Shown here in pieces: positions 60,833-64,000 of a stretch of DNA of 64,000 bases (position 1 is its first letter; the number at the start of each line of letters is the position of its first letter). This DNA comes from Bacteroidaceae bacterium (GTDB lineage: Bacteria; Bacteroidota; Bacteroidia; Bacteroidales; Bacteroidaceae): positions 8,363-72,362 of the forward strand of contig JAGAYH010000021.1 in NCBI GenBank assembly GCA_017940565.1. Direction: 5' to 3'. Made by a program: the position numbers and the translations under genes. The notes under the pieces were generated by a model. It was given only the letters and a program-made list of their open reading frames with translations, did not search any database and was not told where the DNA came from.

Positions 60833-63769
60833 TTAACGTCCGCCACCGCCTCCCTGACCTCCGCGCTCGCCACGCTGGCCTCCGCGCTCACCGCGCTGAC
60901 CTCCGCGGTCGCCGCCGCCACCGTTCATCTTCATGCGTCCTTGACCTCCGCCGAAGAGATTGAAACGGTAGCTGAAACGCAACATGATGTAGCTGTGAAT
61001 ACCGTTCGACCAGTTGTCACTGCGTGAGAGGGCACTGATGTTGCGGCTGATGTTACTCTGCTCGTGCAGGATGTCGTAACATTCGAGACTGAGGGTTGCA
61101 GCATTATTTTTAAGGAAGCTCTGGGTCAGTTGGGCGTTCCAAATAAGTTCATTGGTGTTCATCGAAGCGTCGTCGTAGCCTCTGCGGCTGTTCATGGCGA
61201 TGTTGGTGGAAAGAGACATGTTCCATGTCGTGTTCCATTGCAAACTGCCGCCGTAGGCAAACCGCCATGTGTCGAGGTTTGACTGGCTTCGCAACTGCGA
61301 ACGCGAATGATTATAATCCAACGTTCCGTTCAGGCCCACTTCAATAAAGTCGTTGCGGTAGCTGACACGCATACGCTCGCCCAGTTCAAGCGACTTGACA
61401 AGATTCTTCTCGCTCGATGTTTTTTCTGTTCTTAAGAAACCTACCTGATGACGGTAGTTGGCATCGCTCATGCACCAGAAGTTAAACTGCTTGTCTGAGC
61501 CGAAAGCAGTACTGAACATCACGTTGCCCCGCGTGTTCCAGTTACCGTTGATATTCTCGGGACGTGTTGTCGTCACACCGGTTTCCTGGTCATACGTCAT
61601 CGCATTGCTGATGCTGTTTGACGTTTGTGAATAGCTCAAATCCACGGATATATTGGTTTGGGATTCGGTCCAGTTCTTATTGAAATAGGCATTCACGTTG
61701 TTAGTCCAGGACGGTTTCAGGCCGGGATTGCCCATGGTGATGTGAAGCGGGTTACTCGTATCCGTAATATCGAGCAGGTCGGTCATAGAAGGCTGCGAGG
61801 AAGAACCACGATAGCGGAATTCCAGACGACTATAGCGGGAAATGTTGTAACGCAGGCGCAAGTTTGGCGCTACATTGAACACGTTGCGCGTAACAACGGT
61901 ATCGAGCAGGTCTTTCTTGTAATCCAACTTCGTACGTTGCGGTTGCAACCGGATACCTACGTTGAAGTTCAAATCAGATGTGACATAGCGTATGCCAAGA
62001 TTGATATTGTGGGTATAGTTGTTGTAGGTGGCATAACGGCTGTTGACTGTATTGATGGCCAAAGCCAACGAGTCTTCACTGGGAAGGGTACCTATGAGAT
62101 GCCGTCCCGGAATTCGCCAATCGGCCAATGAATCCAACTGATACAACGTGCGGTCTCGGTCCTGGTAACTGTATCGGTAGTTGTAGCTACCTTCGAAGAA
62201 GAGGTTCTTGACAATGGGTTCAGAATAGCTGAGTCGGGTATTGAAGCCCCAATTCTTGGTCGGTGACGTGGAATACTGGTTATTGTAGGTCTGTGAGCCG
62301 CGTTGATAATAATAGATGTCGGAGATGCTGTAGCTGTGGCTCTTTCCTTTATTATAATTCAAGCCACCGTCGAAAGAGATGCTGCGGCCTTTGGAGTTCA
62401 AGCGTCGGGTTACGCCGGCATCAAATTCGGTTCTGAACGTCGAACCGTCGGAGAGCGACTGGCGGTCGTTGCGATTGACGGCGATAGAGGCCAGTGTGGG
62501 CGCGGGACTGAAGATATCGTCCAGCGGGTTGTCCACCTGCTCGTAGGGATCTGCGTTGAACGTGGCCGAACGGCTTTGGCTGCGGCTGTCATTTTCAGAA
62601 TAGGAGAATTCGGGACGCACATAGATGCTCGTCATCGTGTCCGGGCGCCAACGGAGATTGAACTCGCCGCTCCAACCCCAGCTGTGGCCGTAACTTTGGC
62701 TTCTGCTGTTCGAGAAAGAGCTGGAACCGCGGTCATTAAGGAAGGTTTCAGAGTTGCCGCGCGAGGCATTGTCGCTGTTGTTATGGTTGTAGCGCACGTT
62801 ACCGTTCAGTTGCAGATAACCGGCTTCGTTGTCTTTCTTACCATTGTTCCAGTAACGGTTTATTCCCACGTTCTTCGAAGCGTTCAAACCGCTGCCTCCG
62901 CCACGGAATCCCGGACCTCCGCCGCGCATTCCGCCGCGATCGTTCGTGTTATTCAGGTTTGCGAAAACTGAAAAGCTCTGGTTGTCGGTAAAATAGTTGC
63001 CGAACATACGGGCATTGTAGCGGTCGTGATTGCCTATGCCCAAGTTGGCGTTAGAGAATATGGCACCTTTCAGTTTCTGTTTCAGTTGCAGGTCGAGCAC
63101 GGTCTTTTCATTGCCGTCGTCAATGCCTGTTTCGCGGGTATAGTCGCTTTTCTTGTCGTAGGCTTTCACTTTGTCGATGAGCGTAACGGGGAGATTTTTC
63201 ATCGCCACTTTGGTGTCGCCTTTGAAAAAGTCCTTTCCCTCCACGAGTATTTCGCTTACGGCCTTGCCATTCAGCGTAATGTTGCCGTCATCATCGACTA
63301 TGGCGCCGGGAAGTTGCTCCACCAGCGCTTCAAGCGTAGCTCCCTCGGGCACACGATAGGCAGCCACATTATATATAAAGGTATCCTTCACTATTTGTAC
63401 CTTGGCCGCGCGCGCTTTCACGGTTGCTTCCTTCAGAAGGCGGTCGTTGGCCGAGAGAGTGACGTTTCCCAAGCTGGCAGATGCCTTTTCCTTGGTTAGG
63501 GTCACGTTGCGGAACTGCGTATTGTAGCCCAGGAACGAAAACTTCAGTATATAGCTGCCGGCTTTCTTGGCGTCGATTGAGAAAGAGCCGTTGTCCATAG
63601 TCATAGCTCCGGTTACAAACGAGCTGTCGGCCTTCATCAGTCTCACAGTGACCATTTCCATGGGGGCATTTCCCTGTGCGTCGAGCACATGACCACTAAT
63701 GATGTAGTCTTCGGCCCACACAGCCTGCGCCATGACCAGCAATATGATAAAAAGGATTTGTCTTCGCAT
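60833..63769 (-). CDS. large outer-membrane beta-barrel protein with an N-terminal carboxypeptidase-regulatory-like domain
   Basis: The start was moved to MRRQILFIILLVMAQAVWA. ISGHVLDAQGNAPMEMVTVRL is typical of a CarboxypepD_reg fold. A long barrel region follows, then a beta-signal-like FSYRFNLF and a Gly/Arg-rich tail. Confidence 0.65.
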   Translation of the reverse strand: MRRQILFIILLVMAQAVWAEDYIISGHVLDAQGNAPMEMVTVRLMKADSSFVTGAMTMDNGSFSIDAKKAGSYILKFSFLGYNTQFRNVTLTKEKASASLGNVTLSANDRLLKEATVKARAAKVQIVKDTFIYNVAAYRVPEGATLEALVEQLPGAIVDDDGNITLNGKAVSEILVEGKDFFKGDTKVAMKNLPVTLIDKVKAYDKKSDYTRETGIDDGNEKTVLDLQLKQKLKGAIFSNANLGIGNHDRYNARMFGNYFTDNQSFSVFANLNNTNDRGGMRGGGPGFRGGGSGLNASKNVGINRYWNNGKKDNEAGYLQLNGNVRYNHNNSDNASRGNSETFLNDRGSSSFSNSRSQSYGHSWGWSGEFNLRWRPDTMTSIYVRPEFSYSENDSRSQSRSATFNADPYEQVDNPLDDIFSPAPTLASIAVNRNDRQSLSDGSTFRTEFDAGVTRRLNSKGRSISFDGGLNYNKGKSHSYSISDIYYYQRGSQTYNNQYSTSPTKNWGFNTRLSYSEPIVKNLFFEGSYNYRYSYQDRDRTLYQLDSLADWRIPGRHLIGTLPSEDSLALAINTVNSRYATYNNYTHNINLGIRYVTSDLNFNVGIRLQPQRTKLDYKKDLLDTVVTRNVFNVAPNLRLRYNISRYSRLEFRYRGSSSQPSMTDLLDITDTSNPLHITMGNPGLKPSWTNNVNAYFNKNWTESQTNISVDLSYSQTSNSISNAMTYDQETGVTTTRPENINGNWNTRGNVMFSTAFGSDKQFNFWCMSDANYRHQVGFLRTEKTSSEKNLVKSLELGERMRVSYRNDFIEVGLNGTLDYNHSRSQLRSQSNLDTWRFAYGGSLQWNTTWNMSLSTNIAMNSRRGYDDASMNTNELIWNAQLTQSFLKNNAATLSLECYDILHEQSNISRNISALSRSDNWSNGIHSYIMLRFSYRFNLFGGGQGRMKMNGGGGDRGGQRGERGGQRGERGGQGGGGGR
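60856..60918 (-). repeat. three in-frame 21-bp tandem repeats at the 3' end of the OMP gene
   Basis: gacctccgcgctcgccacgct / ggcctccgcgctcaccgcgct / gacctccgcggtcgccgccgc, encoding (GGQRGER)n. Confidence 0.8.
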
Positions 63770-64000
63770 TCTGACTATTGTATTACGGCCCTGCAACGGG
63801 CGGTTTCATTGATAAGACGCCGGCTACCGGTGAAAGTTTAATCGGGGAGGTAAAAAAAGCATTTCCTTTTCCTGCCCCAGCCTACTTTTTTGCGCTGCCC
63901 ATATCCGGTTTCGTCCGGTCTATATCCCATTTGGAAACTACTATGTCCGTTTTCGTTCATTATAACACAAAACAAGTTACGCCCGTTTGGCAGAGCGCGA

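Overview
The window has two parts. Positions 1 to about 32,700 are the right-hand part of a phage or prophage-like element with Bacteroidota-style TAnnTTTG promoters. From about 32,950 to 64,000 it is ordinary chromosomal housekeeping DNA.

Phage part, mostly minus strand: a GH19 endolysin fragment, a holin-like gene, two tail-fibre-like genes, a capsid candidate, a scaffold candidate, a portal candidate, one continuous 16.8-kb ORF (5,591 aa) and two small virion-like genes. A plus-strand block holds a rhomboid-protease-like gene and the large terminase. No tail tube, sheath, tape-measure, prohead protease or integrase gene was recognised in the window.

The most unusual content is:
- The giant ORF reads as a polyvalent protein. 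It has a RadC-type JAB motif, two HExxH motifs, a DnaN-clamp-like segment, three nuclease-like modules, a membrane-like tail and repeated Ser/Asn linkers.
- A phage-encoded rhomboid homologue with its catalytic residues intact lies beside a capsid candidate that carries an N-terminal signal/TM-like segment.
- A 56-bp regulatory module occurs twice in direct orientation and exactly brackets the giant-gene cassette. It fits a conserved ATTGTA-N32-TAwTTTTG layout seen at three phage promoters.
- At the phage-host junction there is a phased CCACTA array followed by a promoter-to-terminator unit with no ORF.

Chromosomal part: an Omp85-family protein, a TrmH-family methyltransferase, glgB, a MORN-repeat protein, kdsB, PBP1A, pheS, a Gly-Leu-Leu-Gly tRNA cluster, an nspC-like gene, galE, corA, an acyltransferase, rsmA, pepD, tRNA-Gln, alaS, a MerR regulator, cls and a large beta-barrel protein. 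It also contains a family of (GGTC)n/(GACC)n palindromes and a 99-nt nested hairpin.

All domain calls rest on motifs read by eye. None was confirmed by a database or HMM search.
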